A DNA stretch of 64,000 bases from Candidatus Gottesmanbacteria bacterium GW2011_GWA2_43_14 (GTDB taxonomy: Bacteria > Patescibacteriota > Microgenomatia > 2-02-FULL-39-11), in contig LCFP01000004.1 of the NCBI GenBank assembly GCA_000999095.1, positions 13,429 through 77,428 of the forward strand, in the 5' to 3' direction. Every line of letters starts with the position of its first letter. The first letter of the stretch is position 1. The notes under the pieces were generated by a model that did no database searches, was not told the DNA's origin, and saw only the letters and a program-made list of their open reading frames with translations. Both the position numbers and the translations under genes were made by a program. Below are positions 38,701-48,393 of the stretch, in pieces.

Positions 38701-40644
38701 ATGCTGTCTTTTTTATCTAAAAAGAAAACTGTCAACATCAATCCAGTCCAGACACCGGTATCTCCGGTCCCACCCGCTCTACAGCCGGCAGGACAAACAC
38801 CCGGTGCATCTGCCGCTCAGCCTGTCCCGGTTCAAACTAACACCGCTTCTAAAGCTGCAGAAATAGCCAAAAACACCCAGCTTCAGGCAGCCAAAGAGAA
38901 AATAACCAAAGGCCTGGTCAATATAAAAGACATTATCGCTCCGTCTTTGGTTGAAGTTGATTTTGACCACATTAGAATCAACAACGTCTTTTACAGGACT
39001 TTGTTCGTGGCCGGTTATCCCCGTTATGTAGCTGCAAATTGGCTGCATCCGCTGCTTTCTTTCGACAAATCCCTTTTTATCTCGATGTATATTTATCCGA
39101 CGGAATCAAAAGTCATCCTGGAAGACCTCAAGAGAAAAATTGCCGAGATGGAAGCGACCATTCAGGTAGATATGAAAAGAGGCAAAGTCATTGACCCGTC
39201 AGTCCAGGTTTCGCTTGATGACGCCTTGGCCCTTCAGGCGCAATTGGCAAAAGGAGCCGAAAGATTTTATCAATTTTCCCTCTACATCACAATTCCTTCC
39301 GAAACAATTGAGGATTTAAACAGGTTTGCTAAAGAGGTTGAATCTACCTTGGGTTCACTTTTGATTATCCCCAAACATGCCACTTTATCACAGGAAGAAG
39401 GATTTAAATCAACCCTGCCGATGTCCATTGACAAGCTTGACGTCACCAGAAATATGGACACTACCTCCCTGGCGACTACCTTTCCCTTTACCACCGCTTC
39501 CTTATCCGCCAACGAAGGCATCCTCTATGGAATCAATGAACATGACGGCAGTCTGGTTATTTTCAACCGTTTCAGTCTGGAAAACAGCAATAGCGTTATC
39601 TTCGGAAAATCCGGTGCCGGCAAATCTTTTCTGGTCAAATTGGAAGTCATGCGTACCCTGATGTTCGGGGCTGATGTTTTTGTCATTGATCCGGAAGGGG
39701 AATACAAGGACATAACCAGGGCTTTGGGTGGTGATCTTCTTGACTTCTCATTCAATTCACCCATCAAAATCAATCCTTTCGACCTGTCAGGCATCGTCAC
39801 TGAAGGTGAAAATGAACTCGGCTTAAAAATCCTCTCCATTCACGGACTGATGAGAGTTATCATGGGTGAACTTTCTCCGACTGAAGACGCCCTGCTGGAT
39901 AAAGCATTGGTCCTTACATATAAACAGAAAGGGATAACGCCGGACCCGGAAACCCAGAAAAAAGAACCGCCTTTGATGGAAGATTTGTACAAGGTGCTTT
40001 TGGGAATGGAAGAGGAAAATGCCCGACACCTGGCAGAACGGCTGGAGAAATTTGTTAAAGGATCACTGGCGGGCATCTTTAATCAGCAGTCAAATGTCTC
40101 CCTGAAAAACCAGCTGACGGTTTTCAACATCAAGGAACTGGAGGCGGAACTGCGCCCGATGGCCATATTTTCCATCCTGGATTTTATCTGGACAAAAATC
40201 AAAAGGGATGTCAAAAAAAGATTGCTGATTGTAGATGAAGCATGGTACCTGATGAAACATCCGGATTCCGCCACCTTCCTCTACGGCATAGCCAAAAGAG
40301 CCCGGAAGTATTATCTCGGCGTAACCACCATCACCCAGGATGTCGAAGACTTCCTCTCAACCGACCACGGCAAAGCCATTATTACCAATTCGAGCCTGCA
40401 GATTCTCCTCAAACAATCAACGGCAGCCATCGATAAGCTGGCAGAGGTTTTTTATCTTTCAAGCGGCGAAAAGCACTTCCTGCTCTCGGCCGGGGTAGGG
40501 GAAGGACTGTTCTTTGCCGGAGCTTCACACGCTGCCGTCCAATTTATTGCATCTTCTCAGGAATATCAGCTGGCGACCAGCAAACCTCAGGAAGTAAGGC
40601 AGGATCCCTCCTTTCCCAACGTGCCTAAAATTCCCAGTGTATAA
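38701..40644 (+). CDS. virB4: VirB4/TraC-like ATPase (DUF87 type)
   Basis: Walker A FGKSGAGKS, IDPEGEY, INPFD, Walker B VDEAW, RARKY, TQDVEDF. Confidence 0.88.
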   Translation: MLSFLSKKKTVNINPVQTPVSPVPPALQPAGQTPGASAAQPVPVQTNTASKAAEIAKNTQLQAAKEKITKGLVNIKDIIAPSLVEVDFDHIRINNVFYRTLFVAGYPRYVAANWLHPLLSFDKSLFISMYIYPTESKVILEDLKRKIAEMEATIQVDMKRGKVIDPSVQVSLDDALALQAQLAKGAERFYQFSLYITIPSETIEDLNRFAKEVESTLGSLLIIPKHATLSQEEGFKSTLPMSIDKLDVTRNMDTTSLATTFPFTTASLSANEGILYGINEHDGSLVIFNRFSLENSNSVIFGKSGAGKSFLVKLEVMRTLMFGADVFVIDPEGEYKDITRALGGDLLDFSFNSPIKINPFDLSGIVTEGENELGLKILSIHGLMRVIMGELSPTEDALLDKALVLTYKQKGITPDPETQKKEPPLMEDLYKVLLGMEEENARHLAERLEKFVKGSLAGIFNQQSNVSLKNQLTVFNIKELEAELRPMAIFSILDFIWTKIKRDVKKRLLIVDEAWYLMKHPDSATFLYGIAKRARKYYLGVTTITQDVEDFLSTDHGKAIITNSSLQILLKQSTAAIDKLAEVFYLSSGEKHFLLSAGVGEGLFFAGASHAAVQFIASSQEYQLATSKPQEVRQDPSFPNVPKIPSV

Positions 40645-40653
40645 TAAAAAGGT

Positions 40654-42087
40654 ATGTCCCAAAAACCAGCTCCTTCCCGAGAAATAGAGGCAGAAGGAGA
40701 ACAACAGGGATTTGACCTCGACCAGCAGGATACCGCTACCTGGGCATCACTGGTTCAGCTGACCGGAGCCATCGGTGCCGGAGGATTTCAGTACGTTGAC
40801 GAAACAAGAAAAGCCTTTAATACCGTTAATGATGAGAATATCCATAATAAATTATTAAACCTTGAAAACCCTCAAAAACTCCAAAAAGTCATTTATGACT
40901 ATCAGCTTATCGGGCGTAGGCTGAAAACTCCGGAAAAAGAAAGCACAAAATTTGCCTTCTATAATTTCAAAGGAGAAGTCACCAGAGACAGGTTCGATCG
41001 GGTTGGCCAGGCAATCATAGTTGCCAGACAAATCCATCAATATACCAATAAAGTTGAGACATCGATAAGATTTGATAAAACAATTAAAGCTTATGGTTTC
41101 AGTGAAGAGACTGTCCAACAATTACGCAAAAACCTGACTGAATGGCAGGAAAAAAATCCGGGAGCGGAAATAGATAATATTCTTTCCAACCAATCAAAGA
41201 AACTATACGGGGAACAATGCGCAAAAGATGGAAAAAAAGCTGATAAAAATATTGAAACCGCATTAAAAAAAGACTTAACAACAGCCAGGAAAGAAGCGTT
41301 AATTAAGGTAGATGAATTGGGGGTAAGAGATAGAGCTGAAAGCGTCATCAAAAACGACTTTTTAAATAATCAAAATGCTCCATTAAAAGAAGAACAAATT
41401 AAAACCAGGCTGGAGTATGTTTTTGAAGGAAAAATCCCTGAAGAAAAATTGGCAGGAGTCGTGGAAAAAACGGTTGAATCTGCCAGGACTTTTCAGGAAC
41501 CCGCAAGCAAACCCTTACCCCAGGTAGGAAAATCTCCTTTGCCCCGGTCTTTTTCTTTTCCGCAAATCAGACTTTCGACGATAAAAATTTCCATCAGGTT
41601 ACCGAATTTGGTCGGATTGGGAAATTTGGGCGGGTCCTTACTCAGACAGGGAGCGACAAAACTGGCCGGGAAGTTGGCCGGAAAAGCCGTAGCACAAACA
41701 GCCTTGGGAGCGGCAACGGGAGGAGTGTATAACGCCATCAGTCTCCTAGCTTCATTTTTCGGTATTAATTTGGATGACATAGCTATAAAGGTTGCCTTAT
41801 GGGCCGGAATCCTGGCAGTTGGGGTCCCGGCAGCTATAGTCGTCTTTTTTATCTTTAGCAGCAGTAATTCATCCCGCTTGTTTGATCCCCAAGCTGTAAC
41901 GCAGGAAGAGGTTTTTTACCAAAATTCCAGACATTTTGCCTGGAAAAGGTTTGAGGAGAAAAATCTCAAGATTTTAGATACTTCTGCTTCCTGGATTGCT
42001 TTTGAAAAAGAGCGTCTGGATTTGGACAACCGGCTGGTCGAACGACTATCCCTGGACCCGGACCGGCATAATGATGTGGAGAAATGA
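40654..42087 (+). CDS. Hypothetical membrane protein at the end of the VirB4 operon
   Basis: Charged helical N-terminus, Gly/Ala-rich segment, C-terminal TM; overlaps the dnaN end convergently. Confidence 0.65.
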   Translation: MSQKPAPSREIEAEGEQQGFDLDQQDTATWASLVQLTGAIGAGGFQYVDETRKAFNTVNDENIHNKLLNLENPQKLQKVIYDYQLIGRRLKTPEKESTKFAFYNFKGEVTRDRFDRVGQAIIVARQIHQYTNKVETSIRFDKTIKAYGFSEETVQQLRKNLTEWQEKNPGAEIDNILSNQSKKLYGEQCAKDGKKADKNIETALKKDLTTARKEALIKVDELGVRDRAESVIKNDFLNNQNAPLKEEQIKTRLEYVFEGKIPEEKLAGVVEKTVESARTFQEPASKPLPQVGKSPLPRSFSFPQIRLSTIKISIRLPNLVGLGNLGGSLLRQGATKLAGKLAGKAVAQTALGAATGGVYNAISLLASFFGINLDDIAIKVALWAGILAVGVPAAIVVFFIFSSSNSSRLFDPQAVTQEEVFYQNSRHFAWKRFEEKNLKILDTSASWIAFEKERLDLDNRLVERLSLDPDRHNDVEK

Positions 42088-43155
42088 GATTTTATCGCTT
42101 TTGGGTTTAAAAACTCCCGGTGATAAGGGGCCCGACGATTCAAAAACCAGTTCTTTTTCCGGAAAATTACTTAGAAGATCCAGAAGGAAACGGAAATTAA
42201 ACGCCACTTCGCTTTCTTCCCCTTCGACCTTGGCTTCTACATAATCGCTTTCTTCGCCCACCTGAGGAGTGTTGGCCGACAACCTAAGTCCTTCCTTCTC
42301 AATTTTCATCTTAATGATATTGGCGGCACCGCGGGCAAAGATGGAAGTAGTTTTAACTGCCTGGGTAAATAATTCCTTATCCAGTATCACTCTGGTTTTA
42401 AAACTGTCGGGTATTATTTTTTCAACATTAGGGAATTCTCCGTCAATCAGACGGCTGTAAATTTTAGTATCAGGCATTGAAAATACCACCTGATTTTTAT
42501 TTTCAATGATTGAGATATCCAAATCCGCAGCTTTTAATTCCTGGGCTATTCTGACAACTTCAAAAAGTGATGATGCGGGCAAAACAACATCGAGAAGCTC
42601 GTTCTTTGAAGGAATCGCCACTTCTTCTTTGGACAACCTGTAACCGTCGGTGGCCGACATGGACAATATGCCGTCGTCAATTTTTGTTCTGACTCCGGTT
42701 AAAATCGGCCTTCCTTCATCAATGGAAGCGGCAAAAGCCGTCCTAATGATTGAATCCTTGACTTTGGCAAATGGCAGTTTTCGGTCAAATGATAAAGGCT
42801 GCGGGAAAGTAGGGAAGTCGGCAGGATTACCGATGGCAAAAGAAGCCCTGGTGGTATCGGTTTTGACTTCCAGGTTTTTGTCGGTTGCCGTTATCTCCAG
42901 CTTATCCGCTCCAAGTGAGTTTATAAATTCCGTAAGCAATTTTCCCGGTATGGCCACCTCTCCTTCTTTTTCTATTTTGGCTGAGGTTTGGTAAATGATC
43001 CCGAGTTCCAGATTGGTAGAAAGAAACTCCAATTGGTTTTTAGCACCCCGAAGTAAAATATGGGAAAGAATCGGCAGCTGCGGTCTTAGGGAAATTCCTT
43101 TTCCGACAATTGATAAAGCTCTTACAATATTCTCTTTTAAAATTAATATTTTCAT
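42046..43155 (-). CDS. dnaN: DNA polymerase III beta clamp
   Basis: LPILSHILL, TNLELGI, RPILTGV, ATDGYRL, RLIDGEFP, IIMPVR. Confidence 0.97.
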   Translation of the reverse strand: MKILILKENIVRALSIVGKGISLRPQLPILSHILLRGAKNQLEFLSTNLELGIIYQTSAKIEKEGEVAIPGKLLTEFINSLGADKLEITATDKNLEVKTDTTRASFAIGNPADFPTFPQPLSFDRKLPFAKVKDSIIRTAFAASIDEGRPILTGVRTKIDDGILSMSATDGYRLSKEEVAIPSKNELLDVVLPASSLFEVVRIAQELKAADLDISIIENKNQVVFSMPDTKIYSRLIDGEFPNVEKIIPDSFKTRVILDKELFTQAVKTTSIFARGAANIIKMKIEKEGLRLSANTPQVGEESDYVEAKVEGEESEVAFNFRFLLDLLSNFPEKELVFESSGPLSPGVFKPKSDKISFLHIIMPVRVQG

Positions 43156-43363
43156 GTTCTTTTTACCTATTTCTTATATATTTCTTACAGTAATAGTAGT
43201 ATTAGAAAGCGTTGATAAGTGTAGTGAATTTAACTCTTACAGTCAAGAAGCTCCAAATTGTTAATTTTTCCCTGTGTATATCAGGGTAATAACAGTGTGA
43301 ATTCTTATGTGGATAGCTGTTCATTTTATGTGGATAAGTTGTTATCTTTTTGTTTTATCCAGA
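43156..43363. promoter_or_regulatory. Replication origin (oriC) between dnaA and dnaN
   Basis: TGTGGATAA 43329-37, TGTGGATAG 43308-16, TGTGTATAT 43273-81, TTATCCAGA 43355-63; TAG/TAA triplet run at 43188-43206 next to an AT-rich tract. Confidence 0.85.
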
Positions 43364-44695
43364 AAACCGGTTTTTTATCCCCAAGATATCACCACGGATT
43401 TTTTCGTCCTGACCAATAAGGTCGCTGATTTTGCGGACTCCGTGAAGTATGGTTGTATGGTCCCGCCCGCCCAAAAGATCACCGATTTGTTCAAGACCTA
43501 TGCCGATTTCCGTTCTTAATAAATAATAAAGAATTTGTCTGGGCAAGCTATAAATTTTATCCCTTTTAGAACTTTTTAATTGGGAAACTTTCAACTGATA
43601 GAAAGCGGCTACAATTTTAACTACTTCTTCCGGTTGCATATTTTTTTCCAGAACGGGAATTCTCAGGGTTTTTCCCAATACATTTTTTACCAGCTCGGCA
43701 TCAAGCGGAATATCTTTGGTTTGCGCCTCACTGATAATCCTGATAAGGAGACCCTCGAGTTTTCTCGTGTTTTCAACGTTGGCTGAAAGTAGCTTGGCGG
43801 CATCCATCGGCAAATCTACCTGCCGCTGTTTAGCTTTTATCAGTAAAATGGCTGTTCTAAGTTCAAAATCAGGGTTGCCGATATCGATGGTCAGACCGCC
43901 CTCAAAACGGGACCTGAGCCTTTCTTCCAACTTGTCAATTTCCTCCGGTTGCCTGTCGCTGGTTATGATAATCTGTTTTTTTGCCTGGTATACAGCGTTG
44001 AACGTATGAAAAAATTCTTCCTGGATGGAATATTTACCGGCGATAAACTGGACGTCATCGATCAGCAGGATATCGGTCTGGCGGTATTTTTTTTTGAAAG
44101 AGGTGGTAGTTTTATTGGAGATAGCCTCGATTATTTCGTTGGTGAATTCTTCACCGGTACAGAAAATAATTTTAATTTTAGGATTTTTGGAAAGTACTGA
44201 ATGTCCGATGGCCTGCATCAGATGGGTTTTGCCCACTCCAGTGCCGCCGTAGAGAAAGAGGGGATTATAGGAAAAACCCGGATTTTTGGAAACGGCGGTG
44301 GCTGCCGCATATGCCATTTGATTGGTTGAGGAAACGGCAAAATTGGCGAAAGTATAGTCTTTGTTCAGTCTGCCCAACTCCGGCAGGAAATTGGCCGGAG
44401 TAACTCTCATGGAAAATAGAGGTCCGTCGATGTGGTCGCCGTTGGTCTTTTTTTTGGCGGCTTTGAAAGACAAAGTTAAATCTTTCTGGGTGTATTGTTT
44501 TAAGGTGTCCCTGATTAAGACCTGGTAGCGTTTCTCGATCAGGTTTATCAACATCGGGTTATTGCAATTAATAACTGCTTCTTTATCATTGAGGGCTTCC
44601 AAAGAGGTTTGGGAGATCAGGGTTTGGAATACTACTTTGCTGACTTGAAGCTGAAGGTCAGCTAAAATAGTTTGCCAAAGACTAACGTTGTCCAT
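43355..44695 (-). CDS. dnaA: Chromosomal replication initiator DnaA (start moved to ATG 44695)
   Basis: YNPLFLYGGTGVGKTHLMQA, LIDDVQF, QEEFFHTFN, RLRSRF, GGRDHTTILH. Confidence 0.98.
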   Translation of the reverse strand: MDNVSLWQTILADLQLQVSKVVFQTLISQTSLEALNDKEAVINCNNPMLINLIEKRYQVLIRDTLKQYTQKDLTLSFKAAKKKTNGDHIDGPLFSMRVTPANFLPELGRLNKDYTFANFAVSSTNQMAYAAATAVSKNPGFSYNPLFLYGGTGVGKTHLMQAIGHSVLSKNPKIKIIFCTGEEFTNEIIEAISNKTTTSFKKKYRQTDILLIDDVQFIAGKYSIQEEFFHTFNAVYQAKKQIIITSDRQPEEIDKLEERLRSRFEGGLTIDIGNPDFELRTAILLIKAKQRQVDLPMDAAKLLSANVENTRKLEGLLIRIISEAQTKDIPLDAELVKNVLGKTLRIPVLEKNMQPEEVVKIVAAFYQLKVSQLKSSKRDKIYSLPRQILYYLLRTEIGIGLEQIGDLLGGRDHTTILHGVRKISDLIGQDEKIRGDILGIKNRFSG

Positions 44696-44706
44696 AGGAT
44701 TTCCAC

Positions 44707-44735
44707 ATCGTAAGAAAGTTATCCACAATTGTCAA
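44707..44735 (-). promoter_or_regulatory. dnaA promoter with a perfect DnaA box in its spacer
   Basis: TTGACA(44735-30)-17-TACGAT(44712-07); TTATCCACA at 44719-27. Confidence 0.75.
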
Positions 44736-44781
44736 CGAGCTAGAAATGATATTTTCTATTATTTGTGATATCATTTACAAA

Positions 44782-44919
44782 ATGCCGAAACGCACATTTC
44801 AACCGAAAAAAGGCAGAAGAATAAAAAGACACGGCTATCGTACCAGGTCTAAAACAAGCGGCGGGAGACGAGTCCTGAAAAGGCGGCTTCTCAAAGGCCG
44901 CAATAAACTGACGGTTTAA
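44782..44919 (+). CDS. rpmH: 50S ribosomal protein L34 (not in the ORF track)
   Basis: Hand translation [45 protein letters not shown]; canonical position. Confidence 0.96.
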   Translation: MPKRTFQPKKGRRIKRHGYRTRSKTSGGRRVLKRRLLKGRNKLTV

Positions 44920-44932
44920 GATAAAAGGCGTC

Positions 44933-45280
44933 ATGTTGCCCCAAAAACTCCGGCTTACTTTCCAGGAATTCAGAAATAGTCAATTAACTCAAAAAAAGAT
45001 CATGACAGACAATTTTATGGTGTTGGTTAAAAGACAACCCGGGAAAGGCAACCGTTTTTTTATTACCGTTCCGAAAAGCCTGGACAAAAGATCAGTAAAA
45101 CGCCATCAGACAAGGAGAGCAATAGAAGGCATTATTCTGAAACAAAAAAACAGATTGACTCTGACGGGTCAAATTATGATCAGGCCCAGAAAAATATACC
45201 ATGAGAAAGAAAAAACTGTCTGGCGGCAGGACCTGGAGCAAATTTTACAGCATGAAAAGAACCCAACAAACTCTGCTTAA
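44933..45280 (+). CDS. rnpA: Ribonuclease P protein component
   Basis: MLP...[20 protein letters not shown] (RNR-like motif); follows rpmH. Confidence 0.8.
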   Translation: MLPQKLRLTFQEFRNSQLTQKKIMTDNFMVLVKRQPGKGNRFFITVPKSLDKRSVKRHQTRRAIEGIILKQKNRLTLTGQIMIRPRKIYHEKEKTVWRQDLEQILQHEKNPTNSA

Positions 45281-45476
45281 ATTAATTAAGGGTTACCAGG
45301 TGGCAAAGAAATTCCTGCCTTTTATGGAATCAAGCTGCCGCTTTACACCTAGTTGCTCAGCTTATACTTACCAGGCAATTGGAAGATATGGTACAATCAA
45401 GGGATTATTTTTAGGGTTGAGAAGAATACTGCGCTGTCACCCCTTCTCAAGAGGAGGCTTCGATCCTGTAAAATAG
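45252..45476 (+). CDS. yidD: Membrane protein insertion efficiency factor (start 45252)
   Basis: [37 protein letters not shown]. Confidence 0.93.
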   Translation: MKRTQQTLLKLIKGYQVAKKFLPFMESSCRFTPSCSAYTYQAIGRYGTIKGLFLGLRRILRCHPFSRGGFDPVK

Positions 45477-45499
45477 AATATACTTGAAAATAAGCGTTC

Positions 45500-46309
45500 A
45501 TGTTTGACCCGAATAACATTTTTCATTCATTTTTAATAATCCCCATTCTGAACATACTTCTGGGGATCTATAATTTTCTGCAGCTGCTGCATATTCCTTC
45601 CCCTTTGGGATTTTCACTGATATTGCTAACGGTTTTAATCCGTCTAGTATTGCATCCATTGACCGCCTCACAGCTTAAAAGCGCCCAGAAGCTGGCAAAG
45701 CTCAAACCGGAAATCGACAGGATTAACCGGGAATTCAAAGGGGACAAAACAAGACTTCAGCAGGAACAGTTGAAGTTGTACCAGCAGGCAGGCATAAACC
45801 CGGCTGGCGGGTGTCTTCCGCTTCTGGTACAAATGCCGATTCTGATCGCTTTGTATAATCTTTTCTTTCAGTTATTGAATGCCGATAAGGCACAGGTGGT
45901 GGCCGAGATAAATAAGGTAGCCTATTTACCCTTTCTGAAAATCACTTCGCTGGATTTAAATTTTCTGGGAACCAGTCTGGCTTTTAAGCCGTCCGACTGG
46001 CAGTCAAAAGGCTATTGGCTTCTGGCTATTCCCATTATAACGGGTCTCTTGCAATACCTGCAGACAAGAATGATGATGCCCGCACAGGTAAGCGATAAAA
46101 GTAAGCAAATCGTCAAGGACAATAAAAAAGAGGATAAAAAGGGGTCTGAGGATATGGCTTCTGCCATGCAAAAACAGATGTCTCTGATGATGCCGGTCAT
46201 GATCGGTTTCTTTGCCTATTCCTTCCCGTTGGGACTTTCCCTTTATTGGAACACCTTCACTGTTTTTGGTATAATTCAGCAGTATCAAATCCAAAAAAAG
46301 AGCCGATAA
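45500..46309 (+). CDS. yidC: YidC/Oxa1 membrane protein insertase
   Basis: LLTVLIR, LYQQAGINPAGGCLPLLVQMP, PLGLSLYW. Confidence 0.93.
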   Translation: MFDPNNIFHSFLIIPILNILLGIYNFLQLLHIPSPLGFSLILLTVLIRLVLHPLTASQLKSAQKLAKLKPEIDRINREFKGDKTRLQQEQLKLYQQAGINPAGGCLPLLVQMPILIALYNLFFQLLNADKAQVVAEINKVAYLPFLKITSLDLNFLGTSLAFKPSDWQSKGYWLLAIPIITGLLQYLQTRMMMPAQVSDKSKQIVKDNKKEDKKGSEDMASAMQKQMSLMMPVMIGFFAYSFPLGLSLYWNTFTVFGIIQQYQIQKKSR

Positions 46310-46310
46310 A

Positions 46311-46784
46311 ATGAAGAAAAAAAAGGCAAATCACAGCAAATTAATCAAACAGTCAGTCGAAGAGCTTCTGCTTAAACTTAAGGTTGAAGGCAAAGTTGAG
46401 GTAGAAGAAGTCGAGGCCGGGGAAAATAGTCATTACCAGATAAATATAGAATCGCCGGAAACAGGACTCCTTATCGGCTACCATGGTGAAACAATCAACA
46501 GCCTACAGCTTCTTCTGGGGGTTATTCTATATAAAAAACTGGGTGAATGGGTGAGAGTGGTTATGGATGTCGGCGAGTACCGCAAAATGAGGGAAGAATC
46601 CATCAAGGAAATGGTCGACAGGATTATTGCTGAAGTGGAAAGGACCGGTGAATCGGTCGAAATGCCCTATTTGTCGCCTCTGGAAAGACGCATCGTCCAT
46701 ATGATTTTAACCGAGCACAAAACTTTGACTTCGCAATCCCACGGAGAAGGAAGAGACAGGCGGGTGACTATAAAGCCCCGCTGA
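46311..46784 (+). CDS. jag: Jag/KhpB (EloR) KH-R3H RNA-binding protein
   Basis: LIGYHGETINSLQ, DVGEYR, ERRIVH, S.GEGRDRRV. Confidence 0.88.
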   Translation: MKKKKANHSKLIKQSVEELLLKLKVEGKVEVEEVEAGENSHYQINIESPETGLLIGYHGETINSLQLLLGVILYKKLGEWVRVVMDVGEYRKMREESIKEMVDRIIAEVERTGESVEMPYLSPLERRIVHMILTEHKTLTSQSHGEGRDRRVTIKPR

Positions 46785-46799
46785 TTTCCGCTTCTAAAA

Positions 46800-48053
46800 A
46801 TGCCGAAACCGCGGAAAGAAAACCGTTTGGCTTTCTTTTTATACTATCTTCTGGTGGCAGTTCTGCCTCTGCAGATTGCCCGGCACTTTCCCGCTTATTT
46901 TTCCCGGATTGCCGGCATTAACAGTGATTATCTTACCCCGACTCTTTATTTTACCGATATTTTAGTTTGGTTTTTTATTGCCGCAGTTGCCATTTTCCAT
47001 CCCCGGTTAAAATTCCGCATCAGGAATACCCTGCCGGCAGGGTTATTTTTTCTCTGGCTTTTGTTTTCAGTCTTTTTTGTGGCAATAAACAAAGAGGCGG
47101 CATTTTATTATTTGTGGAAAATTACGGAATTTACCCTACTATTTCGGGCGATAACCATAATTAAACCTTCTTTTTACAAAACCGTGTTGTTTTTATCGCT
47201 GCCGGTTGTATATTCATCGCTAATTGTCCTGCTGCAATTCATTTCACAACGGTCCCTCGGCGGATATTTTTGGTACCTCGGTGAGCGTTCCTTCTACGCG
47301 TCGACACCGGGAATTGCCGCCGTTTCTTTTCAGGGAAGGCTGCTGCTTCGGCCTTACGCAACTTTCCCGCATCCGAATGTTTTCGGCGGATTTCTGGCAA
47401 TAGTCCTGCCGCTGATGATTTTTTATCTTTTTAAAGGCCAATTGCAAATCATTAAGGATAAGAAATATTTTATGGCAGCTGTCTTTTGCGGCATACCGGC
47501 TTTAATTTTAAGCTTTTCCCGAAGCGCCTGGATAGTTTTTGCAGCCGGGCTGGCGGCGGTTTTGCTTGTGGCCTTTAAAAAAATCCGCTGGCCGCAGGCC
47601 AAATCGGCAGCCGTTCTTTTCAGTTTGTTTTTCTTATTATCCTTGACCTTGCCTTTTATGGTTAAAAGCCGAAATCAAAGCCTCGGCGAAAGAAGAGAGC
47701 TTCTGCAAAGCTTTTGGCATAATTTTAGAGACAGTCCTTTGACCGGAGCGGGACTAAACAATTCCATTCTTCTGCAATTTAAAGGAACAAGAGTCAGAGA
47801 CGGTCTTTTTCTGATGCAGCCGGTCCATAATATCTATCTGTTTACCGCCGGTGAATTGGGAATTGTCGGTTTTGCCGGTTTTATCGCTCTTCTTTACTTT
47901 TTATATTTAAAATTCCGGCGGCAGCCTTCCTACAGGTTTATCCCTTTCTGCCTAATCCTATTGCTGGGATTTTTTGATCACTATCCGTTAACGCTGCAGC
48001 AAGGGCAGCTTTTATTTGTTATCTTCAGTGCTTTTGCCCTGACAACTGATTAA
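46800..48053 (+). CDS. O-antigen ligase (Wzy_C) family membrane protein
   Basis: Multi-TM; RPYATFPHPN..GG, SFSRSAW, G.GLNN, QPVHNIYL...ELG, FFDHY. Confidence 0.82.
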   Translation: MPKPRKENRLAFFLYYLLVAVLPLQIARHFPAYFSRIAGINSDYLTPTLYFTDILVWFFIAAVAIFHPRLKFRIRNTLPAGLFFLWLLFSVFFVAINKEAAFYYLWKITEFTLLFRAITIIKPSFYKTVLFLSLPVVYSSLIVLLQFISQRSLGGYFWYLGERSFYASTPGIAAVSFQGRLLLRPYATFPHPNVFGGFLAIVLPLMIFYLFKGQLQIIKDKKYFMAAVFCGIPALILSFSRSAWIVFAAGLAAVLLVAFKKIRWPQAKSAAVLFSLFFLLSLTLPFMVKSRNQSLGERRELLQSFWHNFRDSPLTGAGLNNSILLQFKGTRVRDGLFLMQPVHNIYLFTAGELGIVGFAGFIALLYFLYLKFRRQPSYRFIPFCLILLLGFFDHYPLTLQQGQLLFVIFSAFALTTD

Positions 48054-48090
48054 CTTGTAATTATCCTGGTTAGTATTTAAACTGGGGAAT

Positions 48091-48393
48091 ATGCGTAAGC
48101 TGAGGAAATTACTATTGTTTCTATTTGTCCTGCCGATGACTATTTTTCTGGATTTTATACTTTTTTCCCTCTCCCGGAATTGCCCCAGCTGCGGCAGTTT
48201 CCAGGCCTGGCTGGCGAGTGAGGCTGCCTTGTCTTTTCCACTTATCGTCAGTTTGGGAGACTGGTTTAACCGCTTATTGATTGATTTAAAGATCGTTTCC
48301 CATTCGAGTGGAAACAATAAACACCTGGGAGGTGGCAGGCTGGATCATAGCGGAAACAATGACTCCTCGCAGGCGAAACACTTCGGAATATGA
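48091..48393 (+). CDS. Small membrane protein with CPSC motif, first gene of the nadD-nadE-RuBisCO operon
   Basis: TTGTAA(48055-60)-17-TAAACT(48078-83)-7-ATG; N-terminal TM; ATGA overlap with nadD. Confidence 0.55.
   Translation: MRKLRKLLLFLFVLPMTIFLDFILFSLSRNCPSCGSFQAWLASEAALSFPLIVSLGDWFNRLLIDLKIVSHSSGNNKHLGGGRLDHSGNNDSSQAKHFGI

Noticed and set aside
36718-42087. Integrative conjugative element
   Set aside because: No integrase, relaxase, att repeats or cargo boundary; these genes are typically chromosomal in CPR
43307-43519. 70-aa plus-strand ORF (MWIAVHFMWIS...)
   Set aside because: An artefact of DnaA boxes (TGTGGATA) and antisense to dnaA
44740-44934. 64-aa minus-strand ORF in the track
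   Set aside because: Antisense to rpmH, which is the real gene here
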